Shown here: in pieces, positions 35,960 to 44,104 of the stretch
Position numbering within the stretch: the first letter of the stretch is position 1
Layout of the letters: every line of letters begins with the position of its first letter
NCBI GenBank assembly: GCA_964454845.1
Contig: CAYVVS010000004.1
Span: 1-58,748 of the forward strand
DNA length: 58,748 nucleotides
Reading direction: 5' to 3'
Origin: an uncultured Candidatus Saccharibacteria bacterium
Lineage (GTDB): Bacteria > Patescibacteriota > Saccharimonadia > CAILAD01 > GCA-016700035
Made by a program: the position numbers and the translations under genes
The notes under the pieces: model-generated
Databases searched by the model: none
What the model was told of the DNA's origin: nothing
Seen by the model: the letters and a program-made list of their open reading frames with translations, nothing else

Positions 35960-36283
35960 TCAGCCGAGGCGACGCTGGCCGTTCACCAGCACCGACTGGA
36001 CGTCGCCGGAGCTGCCTCCGCTCACGCGGACCGGCTCTCCCAAGCGGAAGATCCGGTCGAGGCGCGTGGTCATCACGTCGCGAGTGGTCTGACCGAACTT
36101 GCGGCTGTTGGTCACGACGGCGACGCCGATGACCTGATGCTCGATCACCCGACGGCCCTTGGCCAGGACGAAGTCCCAGCGTGAGTTCTTGGTGATCACG
36201 GTGATGACATCCCCGTCCTCGAGTGTGCCGAGGTCGAGCATGGTTGTGGTCCGGTTTCCCGGAGCCATTCGGGTACTGGTCAT
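35960..36283 (-). CDS. 107-aa hypothetical protein encoded on a ~70% G+C foreign cassette
   Basis: AAGGAG 5 nt before ATG 36283. G/C-rich third codon positions. It is an internal segment of track ORF 35960..36352. The overlapping 341-aa track ORF translates this region into an Arg/Pro-rich out-of-frame product. Confidence 0.65.
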   Translation of the reverse strand: MTSTRMAPGNRTTTMLDLGTLEDGDVITVITKNSRWDFVLAKGRRVIEHQVIGVAVVTNSRKFGQTTRDVMTTRLDRIFRLGEPVRVSGGSSGDVQSVLVNGQRRLG

Positions 36284-36353
36284 TGGAGCTCCTTGTCCAA
36301 TATGATACCGATCGGATCGGCATCTGCCTTTGCCGTGTGCAAAGATAAGCATT

Positions 36354-36383
36354 ATTATAACACATATTAATGTTTTTTGTCAA
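36354..36383 (-). promoter_or_regulatory. Consensus sigma-70 promoter reading into the high-GC ORF
   Basis: Minus strand: TTGACA (36383-36378), N18, TATAAT (36359-36354). Confidence 0.6.
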
Positions 36384-36413
36384 TTTCTTAATTATTGCCA
36401 ATTCGTAACATTT

Positions 36414-36827
36414 ATGATTAAATATGCAGTACTTAATCTCGACAGACGGAGAAGTACCTTGTTCATAACGCCTGATGAAGTCGAAATCCTGGTGGTAGTG
36501 ATGGATTCCACGGCACCCGAAGAGATGGTTAAGGAGATGCTGAGCGAGTTCAGATTCAACCGAGTAGTCGACATAACCAAGCTTCTGCAGAAGGTCGAAA
36601 AGAAGCTCTTTCCGCAACTTGAGCGGGGTAGGATCAGCTTCCTGACACGTATTCAGCTCAGTATCGCCATGAGCAAGGCAGTACACCGGACGACCGGCTT
36701 CATACAGGATGTTGGCGAGAAAACCCGCGTGATCGTAATTGCGCCTCCCTACATCGACCGAATGAGTCTTGGAGAAAACCTCTCGATGACGTGCAAGAGG
36801 CACATAGGAGTCTTAGGCCAGGACTGA
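36414..36827 (+). CDS. Hypothetical 137-aa protein (strand assignment uncertain)
   Basis: This ORF is open on both strands. The plus frame (MIKYAVLNLDRRRSTLFITPDEVEILVVVMD...) ends just before a plus-oriented terminator. The minus frame lacks a stop until it has crossed the promoter and the GC-rich cassette. Confidence 0.4.
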   Translation: MIKYAVLNLDRRRSTLFITPDEVEILVVVMDSTAPEEMVKEMLSEFRFNRVVDITKLLQKVEKKLFPQLERGRISFLTRIQLSIAMSKAVHRTTGFIQDVGEKTRVIVIAPPYIDRMSLGENLSMTCKRHIGVLGQD

Positions 36828-36835
36828 TGACCGCC

Positions 36836-36863
36836 CCGGCTTTTACGAGCCGGCTTTTTATTT
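36836..36863 (+). terminator. Intrinsic terminator
   Basis: CCGGCT / AGCCGG stem followed by CTTTTTATTT. Confidence 0.55.
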
Positions 36864-37736
36864 ACTAGTAGCTTTTACGCACTTCGCGCACGTTGCGGTC
36901 TCTGCGCAGTTTTCGCACACCAACACTAAGTCATTACAGCTTACGTTGTCGCAATTAATATACCGACTAGTCTTGCCGCCACAGTGGCTACATTCGCCAA
37001 TATCGACCGACTTATCGCTAAAACGCTGTTCCATGCGGCCGTCAAAAATGTAGAGTGAGCCTTCCCAAGCACCCTCATCACCATATTTTTCGCCGTATTT
37101 CACGATTCCGCCATCAACCTGATACACCTCATTAAAACCACGATTTTTCATGAGAGCCGAAAGAATCTCGCAGCGCACACCACCAGTACAATAGGTAACA
37201 ACTGGTTTATCTTTGAGACCTTCATACTTATTTGACTCAATTTCTTTCACGAAATCGTGCGTGGTACGGGTTTTTGGCACAACCGCGTCTTTAAAGCGGC
37301 CAACAGCTGCTTCGTACGCATTACGGCCATCAAAAAAGACCACGTCATCTCCACGCTCCTCGAGTAGTTTATGCAGCGCCTCCGGCTTGAGATGCTTGCC
37401 ACCGCCAACTACGCCGCTCTCATTAACCTGAACTTCTTCAGGTACACCAAAAGCCACAAGCTCTGGCTTAACCTTCACGCTAAGGCGAGGGAACTCATTG
37501 CCGCTGCTATCACTCCATTTATACGTGATACCACGAAAAATCGCCGAGCGGTTCATCTCGCGCTTATATTCTTTGAGATCTTCTAGGTCACCACCCAGCG
37601 TGCCATTAATACCGTGTTGACTAACAATTATTCGACCCTTGAGATTGAGGCGGCGACACAGCTCGCGCTGCCAGCGCATCGCCATCGTTGGATCTTGCAC
37701 TGGCACAAATTTATAATAGAGAATAACTTTTTTCAT
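36858..37736 (-). CDS. trhO: Rhodanese-domain tRNA uridine(34) hydroxylase (UPF0176/YceA family)
   Basis: VILYYKF...GRIIVSQHGINGTLGG, the active loop YCTGGVRCE and a C-terminal Cys-rich zinc-binding tail. Start chosen at MKKVILYY; the track start 37799 overlaps the pirin gene. Confidence 0.85.
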   Translation of the reverse strand: MKKVILYYKFVPVQDPTMAMRWQRELCRRLNLKGRIIVSQHGINGTLGGDLEDLKEYKREMNRSAIFRGITYKWSDSSGNEFPRLSVKVKPELVAFGVPEEVQVNESGVVGGGKHLKPEALHKLLEERGDDVVFFDGRNAYEAAVGRFKDAVVPKTRTTHDFVKEIESNKYEGLKDKPVVTYCTGGVRCEILSALMKNRGFNEVYQVDGGIVKYGEKYGDEGAWEGSLYIFDGRMEQRFSDKSVDIGECSHCGGKTSRYINCDNVSCNDLVLVCENCAETATCAKCVKATSK

Positions 37737-37777
37737 CAGGGCAACATTATAGCTTAAAAACCTGCTAGGATACAGAT

Positions 37778-38479
37778 ATGATACGTATTCGCACAGCATC
37801 CGAACGAGGCCAGTTTGACCATGGCTGGCTCAAAACCGCGCACACATTTTCGTTTGCCGGCTACTATGACCCAGATCACATGGGCTTCTCGGCATTGCGG
37901 GTGATTAACGAAGATCATATTGCCGGCGGTGGTGGCTTTCCGACGCACGGACATCGAGATATGGAAATAATAACCTACATCATTCAAGGCGAGTTGGCGC
38001 ACAAGGACAGTATGGGTAATGAAGCCACAATTCAGGCTGGGGAAGTGCAATACATGACGGCCGGGAGCGGCGTGATGCACAGCGAATACAATGCCTCAAA
38101 AACTGAGCCCGTACATCTGTTACAAATTTGGCTGGAGGCCGACGAAGCCAATCGCAAACCGGGGTATGCGCAACAAAAGTTCGAGCGCAACAATAAGCTC
38201 AACACGCTATGTGCAATCGCAACGCCAACCGGAGAGGCAGGCAGTATGAAGGCGCATCAATCCGTTTCGCTCTTTGCCTCGGTATTGGAAGACGGGAAAG
38301 AAATTGGCTACGAATCAGCTTCAGGTCGCTGCCAGTGGGTGCAGATAATTAGTGGAAAAATGAGTGTTAACGGCTCTGATCTAGTAGCGGGAGACGGGGC
38401 GGCCATTACAGAAGAGGCAAAGCTTACAGTATCCGCCAGCAAAACTGCTGAATTTTTACTTTTCGATTTGCCTAAATAG
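37778..38479 (+). CDS. Pirin-family protein (YhhW/quercetinase-like cupin)
   Basis: RGQFDHGWLKTAHTFSFAGYYDP...FPTHGHRDMEIITYIIQGELAHKDSMGN is a canonical pirin N-terminal cupin. TGCTAGGAT lies 6 nt before the ATG. Confidence 0.92.
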   Translation: MIRIRTASERGQFDHGWLKTAHTFSFAGYYDPDHMGFSALRVINEDHIAGGGGFPTHGHRDMEIITYIIQGELAHKDSMGNEATIQAGEVQYMTAGSGVMHSEYNASKTEPVHLLQIWLEADEANRKPGYAQQKFERNNKLNTLCAIATPTGEAGSMKAHQSVSLFASVLEDGKEIGYESASGRCQWVQIISGKMSVNGSDLVAGDGAAITEEAKLTVSASKTAEFLLFDLPK

Positions 38480-38481
38480 GA

Positions 38482-39144
38482 TTAATCGACGTCGGTCATC
38501 TCGCGGAGCTTAGCGAGATTAATTTCAAACCCAGATTTATGGTTACGGAATAGGCCAGATTTTGCTGGCTTGAGTACACCACGCTTAGTTAGCTGCCGTA
38601 CTTGCACCGTCATCGTCTCGCGCGTGGTGCCAACCATACTAGCAAGCTGAGCGTGCGAAAGCGTGAAGGGAAGCGTCACCGTGCCCTCAGAAAGCTCTTG
38701 TCCAAAGCGCTGCACCAAAAGAGCGAGCATATTCACGAGCTTAACATCTGCCTTGGCCTGCAAAATATTATCGAGCGTTTGCGCCAGCTCATCATTACGC
38801 GTCATAAGATAGCGCACCAGGCCAAATAACGCTGCAGAGTCTTTTTCGAGCTGCTTCTCGAGCGATTTTGCCTCAAGAATACGCACTTTACCATCGGTCA
38901 TTGCCTCGTAGTAATACCTGTGGGTAACTTCGTTAAACAGCGCCGCTTCTAAATTCATCACATCGCCCGGGCCGAGAATAGTAATGAGCTTTTCATCACC
39001 ATCATCGGCAATAGTGTAGGTCTTCACAAAGCCATCAGTAATAAAGAGAACATCCTCTCCAGCTTCCCCCTGATGCAGTAGGACATCGGTGCGTTTATAG
39101 TCCTGCTCCGGCTGATTCATGAAAAAGGCGCGCATATGTTTCAT
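38482..39144 (-). CDS. Crp/Fnr-family transcriptional regulator
   Basis: N-terminal cNMP-binding-like beta-barrel and a C-terminal HTH (SHAQLASMVGTTRETMTVQVRQL). Confidence 0.85.
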   Translation of the reverse strand: MKHMRAFFMNQPEQDYKRTDVLLHQGEAGEDVLFITDGFVKTYTIADDGDEKLITILGPGDVMNLEAALFNEVTHRYYYEAMTDGKVRILEAKSLEKQLEKDSAALFGLVRYLMTRNDELAQTLDNILQAKADVKLVNMLALLVQRFGQELSEGTVTLPFTLSHAQLASMVGTTRETMTVQVRQLTKRGVLKPAKSGLFRNHKSGFEINLAKLREMTDVD

Positions 39145-39215
39145 GCTGGCATTATCTCATTAAATATAGGCTTCACGCTAGGCAAACACGAAAATTAGCC
39201 GTACAATTAACATCT

Positions 39216-41003
39216 ATGAACGAACTTATTAAAATCCTCAAATTTTCCTCAAAACTTAAATGGTACTATTTTGGTATTGCCGTACTGGTAGTGGTTTTAG
39301 CATTACTTAATCTGGTAATTCCATTCCTCACCAAGAATCTTGTCGACCTTATCACATCGTATTCGCAAGGCAATGCGGTATCGTTTACTCAAGCACTCCC
39401 AGCGCTAATCTTGATGCTTGTTGCCTCACTAGTCGTAGCATTTCTTTCAAATGTAAACGGCTACCTGGGAGACATCATGTCCCAAAAGCTGAACACGCAT
39501 CTGTCTACAAAATACTATGAGCACCTCATGAATCTACCAATCGAGTATTACGATTCTGAACAAACTGGGAAAATTACCTCACGCTTAGAACGCTCTATTT
39601 CGAGCTTGTCACAGCTAATGAATGCTCTTGCCAATAACTTTGTGCAATTCTTTCTTACTACTATCGTTACACTGGTGGCGATCGCCATTTACTCATGGCC
39701 AGTCGCACTGCTACTTGTTGTGATTTTTCCTGCTTATATTTGGATTACGCATCTTTCAAGTGCGGCCTGGCAGAAGAAACAAGGAGACATCAATAAAACT
39801 CTTGATATAGCCAACGGTCGATTTGTGGAGTCTATCGGCCAAGTACGAGTGGTGAAGTCGTTTGTCCGCGAAATTGGCGAATTGGCTGATTTTCGTCGTC
39901 GTCGCCATAAAATCGAATCTGTCTCGCGCGAACAATCTCGAGAATGGCACATGTATGACCTCGTACGTCGCCTGGTATTAGGCGTAGTCTTCTTCGCAAT
40001 TTTTGCAGTCATTGTTTGGCAGGCGCTAGAGGGACAATACTCGGTGGGAACTGCCGTATTACTGATTACGCTCGCTAACCAAGCCCAATTCCCACTATTT
40101 GGTTCCAGCTTCATTATTGAAGGTATTCAGCGAGCCCAGGCAGACAGTAAAGACTACTTTAAGGTGATGGAGAAAAAACCAACTATTTTTGATGCGCCAG
40201 ACGCAAAGGTACTCAAAATTGACGGGGGAGAGGTGCGCTTTGAACATGTTTCATTTGGCTACGAAAATGGCAGCCAAGTACTCAATGATGTAAGCTTTAC
40301 TATCCCGGCTCACAGTAAAATTGCACTTGTTGGTGAATCCGGAGAAGGTAAGTCCACCCTTGCAAATCTCATTGTGCGCTTTTACGAAGCCAATGCTGGA
40401 ACTATCACCATTGATGGCACGCCGATTACTGACGTAACCCAGGCAAGCTTGCGCAAGGGTATTGGTATAGTCTTCCAGGATCCATCGCTGTTTTCTGGAA
40501 CTATCGAAGACAATATCGCCTATGGCCTCAATCGTCGTTACACCCAAGAGGAGCTGGAAGAAGCCGCTAAACTTGCGAATGCTGCAGACTTTATTGCCAA
40601 GCTCGAAAAAGGCTACAAAACTCAAGTGGGCGAGCGCGGCATCAAACTTTCTGGCGGACAGAAGCAGCGCATTATTATTGCTCGTGCCCTTTTGAAAAAC
40701 CCGCCAATCCTGATTCTGGACGAAGCTACTAGCTCGCTTGATGCCAAAGCCGAATCGCAGGTGCAGCAAGCTCTGGAGCGTCTTATGAAAGGCCGCACCA
40801 CCATCATCATTGCGCACCGCCTGAGTACAATCTCGCACGTAGACATGATTATTGGCCTGCGCGGCGGAAAAGTTGCTGAGCAAGGTAGCCCGGATGAGCT
40901 AGCGCATAAAAAGGGCGGTATTTATGCAGAGCTTCTAGAGCTCCAAACCGCTGGCGCCAAGGTAGCTAAGAAGAAGCTACAAAAATTTGATATTGCTGCC
41001 TAG
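39216..41003 (+). CDS. ABC exporter, fused permease/ATPase (MsbA/MdlB-like)
   Basis: 6-TM N-terminal domain. Walker A GESGEGKST, signature LSGGQKQR, Walker B ILILDEATS. Confidence 0.92.
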   Translation: MNELIKILKFSSKLKWYYFGIAVLVVVLALLNLVIPFLTKNLVDLITSYSQGNAVSFTQALPALILMLVASLVVAFLSNVNGYLGDIMSQKLNTHLSTKYYEHLMNLPIEYYDSEQTGKITSRLERSISSLSQLMNALANNFVQFFLTTIVTLVAIAIYSWPVALLLVVIFPAYIWITHLSSAAWQKKQGDINKTLDIANGRFVESIGQVRVVKSFVREIGELADFRRRRHKIESVSREQSREWHMYDLVRRLVLGVVFFAIFAVIVWQALEGQYSVGTAVLLITLANQAQFPLFGSSFIIEGIQRAQADSKDYFKVMEKKPTIFDAPDAKVLKIDGGEVRFEHVSFGYENGSQVLNDVSFTIPAHSKIALVGESGEGKSTLANLIVRFYEANAGTITIDGTPITDVTQASLRKGIGIVFQDPSLFSGTIEDNIAYGLNRRYTQEELEEAAKLANAADFIAKLEKGYKTQVGERGIKLSGGQKQRIIIARALLKNPPILILDEATSSLDAKAESQVQQALERLMKGRTTIIIAHRLSTISHVDMIIGLRGGKVAEQGSPDELAHKKGGIYAELLELQTAGAKVAKKKLQKFDIAA

Positions 41004-41079
41004 CATAAGCGCTTTGAGATTGTCTGAAATTAGGTCTACAATACTACTAGACAATAACTAAGTGTAGGAGAATCCCATC

Positions 41080-41547
41080 ATGGCAAAAGCCAAATCCAGC
41101 GACCTAATTTCAATGCTGGAACCTTATTTCACCAAGCAAGCACCATTCCAGATACCAAAAAAGTGGCGTGAAAACCTCGTTAATTGGATCCCGTGGATCA
41201 ATTTAGTAATTGGAATTCTCCTCTTACCAGCAGTACTCGTAGTGATAGGTCTCGGCACCATTGTTGGCGTTGTAGCCCCAACTGTTGGCGTAAGCACAGG
41301 ACTCTTCTATTGGTTTGGCATTATTCTCGCCGCCGCCACCATTGCGCTACTTTTTGTAACATTCCCAGGCTTGCGCGCTCGCAAGCTGGCAGCTTGGAAG
41401 CTTGTTTTTTGGGCAGACATCATCTACTTTTTCTACGGCATCGTGTCGGCTGTTTCCACCGGAGACCTCATGGGGATCGTAACGCAGTTTATCGGCACTG
41501 CGGTTGGACTTTATGTGCTCTTCCAGATTAAGAGCTACTACAAGTAG
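41080..41547 (+). CDS. Membrane protein (hypothetical)
   Basis: GGAG SD. 155 aa with four hydrophobic helices. Confidence 0.6.
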   Translation: MAKAKSSDLISMLEPYFTKQAPFQIPKKWRENLVNWIPWINLVIGILLLPAVLVVIGLGTIVGVVAPTVGVSTGLFYWFGIILAAATIALLFVTFPGLRARKLAAWKLVFWADIIYFFYGIVSAVSTGDLMGIVTQFIGTAVGLYVLFQIKSYYK

Positions 41548-41561
41548 CGCCATACATCCGA

Positions 41562-41600
41562 ACAATAAAACACCCCGCGACAAACAGGGTGTTTTATTGT
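41562..41600 (+). terminator. Intrinsic terminator
   Basis: ACAATAAAACACCC / GGGTGTTTTATTGT 14-bp stem. Confidence 0.75.
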
Positions 41601-41614
41601 AAAATAGCTCGGTT

Positions 41615-42688
41615 ATGAAAAAAGTTCTCAAAACCAATCACGGTGATGTACAGCTACCCGCATTCTTTCCAGATGCGACTCGGGCCACAATCAAATCCGT
41701 GGATACCCAAGCTGTATTGGCTACCCACACGCCCGGCATGGTGATGAATACATACCACCTAGCCAATCTTGGGCTCGTAGACATCATTGCTAAACAGGGC
41801 GGACTACACGCATTTACCGGCTGGAATCGCCCTATTATTACCGACTCCGGTGGATTCCAAGCAATGAGCCTGGTACGCGAATTCAATACCGGCGGGCGTT
41901 TTACTGAAGACGGCGTGATTTTTCAGGATGCTGCTGGCAACAAATTGGAGCTGACCCCGGAGAGCTGCATCGACTATCAACTCAGGCTTGGTAGCGATAT
42001 TATTATGATTTTAGATGACTGCACAAAGCCCGATATGCCGATGCCAGAGCAGCTAAAGAGTGTGGAGCGAACCATCCGCTGGGCAAAGCGAGCTCGTACC
42101 CACTTTGATAAAGCGACAAAAAACATGATGGCTAAACCACTTCTTTTTAGTATTGTGCAGGGTGGAGCAGACAGGGGGCTGCGCCGTACCTGTGCCGTCG
42201 AGCTTACTAAGCTCGGTTTTGATGGCTACGCTTTTGGTGGCTTTCCGATAAATGAAGCAGGCGAGTTGCAAGTTGAGACAATGCAAGCGGTAGTAGATGA
42301 CACTCCAGCCGAGGCATTTAAATATGCTATGGGTGTTGGTACGCCAGGGCAAATTGTCAAAAGTGTGACGATGGGCTACGACCTGTTTGATGTGGTTATC
42401 CCGACGCGTGAGGCACGCCATCGTAAGCTGTTTGTGTGGAATGGTAAGTCTGAAGAGTTAGATCTTAACGGTGAATTTTACTCAAGCATTACTATGAAGA
42501 ATCTTGCCCTACAGGAAGACCCGAACCCCATTGACCCTCACTGCGATTGTCATACCTGCCAGAACTACTCTCGAGCCTACGTACATGCGCTGTTCCGGGC
42601 AGACCAGTCTGTTGCCGGGCAACTAGCGTCGATTCATAATCTGCGCTTTTACTCAAAGCTGATGGAGCTGCTGGCACTAGGAAACTAG
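41615..42688 (+). CDS. tgt: Queuine tRNA-ribosyltransferase
   Basis: ITDSGGFQ active-site block. Zinc site CDCHTCQNYSRAYVHAL. Confidence 0.92.
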   Translation: MKKVLKTNHGDVQLPAFFPDATRATIKSVDTQAVLATHTPGMVMNTYHLANLGLVDIIAKQGGLHAFTGWNRPIITDSGGFQAMSLVREFNTGGRFTEDGVIFQDAAGNKLELTPESCIDYQLRLGSDIIMILDDCTKPDMPMPEQLKSVERTIRWAKRARTHFDKATKNMMAKPLLFSIVQGGADRGLRRTCAVELTKLGFDGYAFGGFPINEAGELQVETMQAVVDDTPAEAFKYAMGVGTPGQIVKSVTMGYDLFDVVIPTREARHRKLFVWNGKSEELDLNGEFYSSITMKNLALQEDPNPIDPHCDCHTCQNYSRAYVHALFRADQSVAGQLASIHNLRFYSKLMELLALGN

Positions 42689-42749
42689 ACATTTAAGAAT
42701 CTGAATATGGTAATGATTGACTGGTAAGTACTTATGCTATAATATTATG

Positions 42750-42819
42750 TACAACAGTATGTAGTTGTTGCCACAATATATTAAAGAGAGATTGATCATA
42801 CACATCATCTCTCTTTTTT
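42750..42819 (+). ncRNA. Candidate ~70-nt sRNA (promoter plus two hairpins plus terminator)
   Basis: TTGACT-N15-TGCTATAAT (42717-42743). Hairpin ACAAC..GTTGT. Terminator AGAGAGAT / ATCTCTCT followed by TTTTT (42785-42819). The track ORF that crosses it is implausible. Confidence 0.35.
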
Positions 42820-42856
42820 GTTTACATAACCTGCAAGTTAGCTTAAGCCTCACAAC

Positions 42857-42881
42857 GAAAAAACCGCCTTGGAAAGGCGGT
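42857..42881 (-). terminator. Intrinsic terminator on the minus strand (distal terminator of the COG0523 gene or of an sRNA)
   Basis: ACCGCCTT / AAGGCGGT stem. On the minus strand it is followed by TTTTTT. Confidence 0.7.
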
Positions 42882-43031
42882 ATTTCGGTAACTCCAACAC
42901 AGCATGCAATTGTTGCCACAATTAGTGCTGCAAAGTACTTTCAAGAAGCTACTCACCCTCAAAACTGGTTGCCCCAAGGGCTTACGTATCACCTTAGCAC
43001 AAAATGGCCTATTCGTCAAACTGCTTAGGTT

Positions 43032-44057
43032 TTACCCTTCCCACTTCTGGGGTAAACGTAAATCAATCCCTTCTAGAGGCTCCTCGGGATTAGAATCAAT
43101 ACAATCGCGAAAATCTGCCTCGAGTTTTTTTGGATCAAAATCCGTGCCAATAAACACCATCTGAGTTTTCTTGGGTTCGTCATTTTGCCAGTTATCCCAA
43201 AACAGCTCCGAGCGCGTACCGACCAGTTGAAAGACGTACTTACGATCATGTCCCTTACTGCCGAGATCGACAAAACCCTTGGCTCGATATACCGTCTTAG
43301 GGATTTTAGAGTTCACGAACTCCTGAAATTTCATTGGATGCAGAGACTTATCGAGCGTAAGCGACACATGTTTAAACTGCTCATGGAAATGCTCATGATC
43401 ATGCCCATCTTCATGCACGTGCTTTTCCGCTTTTACTTCATCCCACACGCGATCCGGGTCGGTGAGTAGGCGAATATCTACATCCGCACGTACTGCCTCA
43501 AAAATGCGAGCACGTGGATTTGTCATTTCGACAAGCTGACGAATTTCAGAGATACGGTTTTTTTCGACAGTATCGATCTTATTAATAATCACAAAATCGG
43601 TGAACTCAATTTGATCTGCGGCATTTTTATGCTTCTTGGCATTTTCGATCACATGCTCTGAGTCAATCAGCGTTACGATTGCGTCAAGACGCACACCAAT
43701 ACCGATCATGTCACGCAGATTCAGCGCCAAATCCCGCGGTTCGGCCAAGCCTGATGCCTCAATTACAATCAGATCAATGTCGCTCCCCACATAAGCAAAC
43801 TGAGCAATTGCTTCTTGGACATCTAGAGTCTCCAAGGAGCAGCAAATGCAGCCGTTGGAGAGCTCAAGTTTAGTATCAGTTTTACCGGCAACTAGCTCAG
43901 AATCAATATTTATCGCACCAAAATCATTTACTACCACACCAATCTTTAAGCCATGCGGCTCAGCTAGCACATGGTTTACAAACGTTGTCTTACCACTGCC
44001 TAAAAAGCCAGTGACTGCCAATATGGGAATCTTTTTTGATGTCTTCTTCTCAACCAT
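43032..44057 (-). CDS. COG0523-family GTPase (CobW/ZigA/YeiR-like metallochaperone)
   Basis: Walker A GFLGSGKTT, GCICCS metal-binding motif and a His-rich stretch KHVHEDGHDHEHFHEQF. Confidence 0.9.
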   Translation of the reverse strand: MVEKKTSKKIPILAVTGFLGSGKTTFVNHVLAEPHGLKIGVVVNDFGAINIDSELVAGKTDTKLELSNGCICCSLETLDVQEAIAQFAYVGSDIDLIVIEASGLAEPRDLALNLRDMIGIGVRLDAIVTLIDSEHVIENAKKHKNAADQIEFTDFVIINKIDTVEKNRISEIRQLVEMTNPRARIFEAVRADVDIRLLTDPDRVWDEVKAEKHVHEDGHDHEHFHEQFKHVSLTLDKSLHPMKFQEFVNSKIPKTVYRAKGFVDLGSKGHDRKYVFQLVGTRSELFWDNWQNDEPKKTQMVFIGTDFDPKKLEADFRDCIDSNPEEPLEGIDLRLPQKWEG

Positions 44058-44104
44058 GTATTGTTCCTCTTATGCTACAATTAATCTGATAGTATCTCGT
44101 AATT

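Larger units (their letters stand above)
30210..36863. mobile_element. Integrative genomic islet (~6.6 kb) adjacent to tRNA-Glu, with a large serine recombinase; boundaries approximate
   Basis: Recombinase abuts and overlaps the tRNA. The cargo is AT-rich ORFans (23/60 G+C in 33001-33060), a phage/plasmid-type DUF5681-like gene and a foreign ~70% G+C cassette. Core genes (nrdAB on the left, trhO on the right) flank it. Confidence 0.65.

Noticed and set aside
35778-36803. 341-aa minus-strand ORF in the track, spanning the AT-rich segment, a promoter and the GC-rich block
   Set aside because: Across 35905-36300 it translates as an Arg/Pro/Gly/His-rich low-complexity string (RPRHTRGRGCHHRDHQ...RRRRRDQQP...), the usual signature of an out-of-frame read through high-GC DNA. 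A different frame there has an SD, an ATG, a sensible composition and a terminator. The ORF also reads across a consensus promoter.
42765-43164. Track ORFs 42765..43028 (+) and 42904..43164 (+)
   Set aside because: They cross two intrinsic terminators and then overlap the 3' end of the COG0523 gene antisense. There is no SD and the composition is odd.
44058-44104. Zur/Fur box upstream of the COG0523 gene
   Set aside because: Only a TACAAT-containing half-site-like fragment resembles the 5413 palindrome, and this cannot be distinguished from a plain -10 box.
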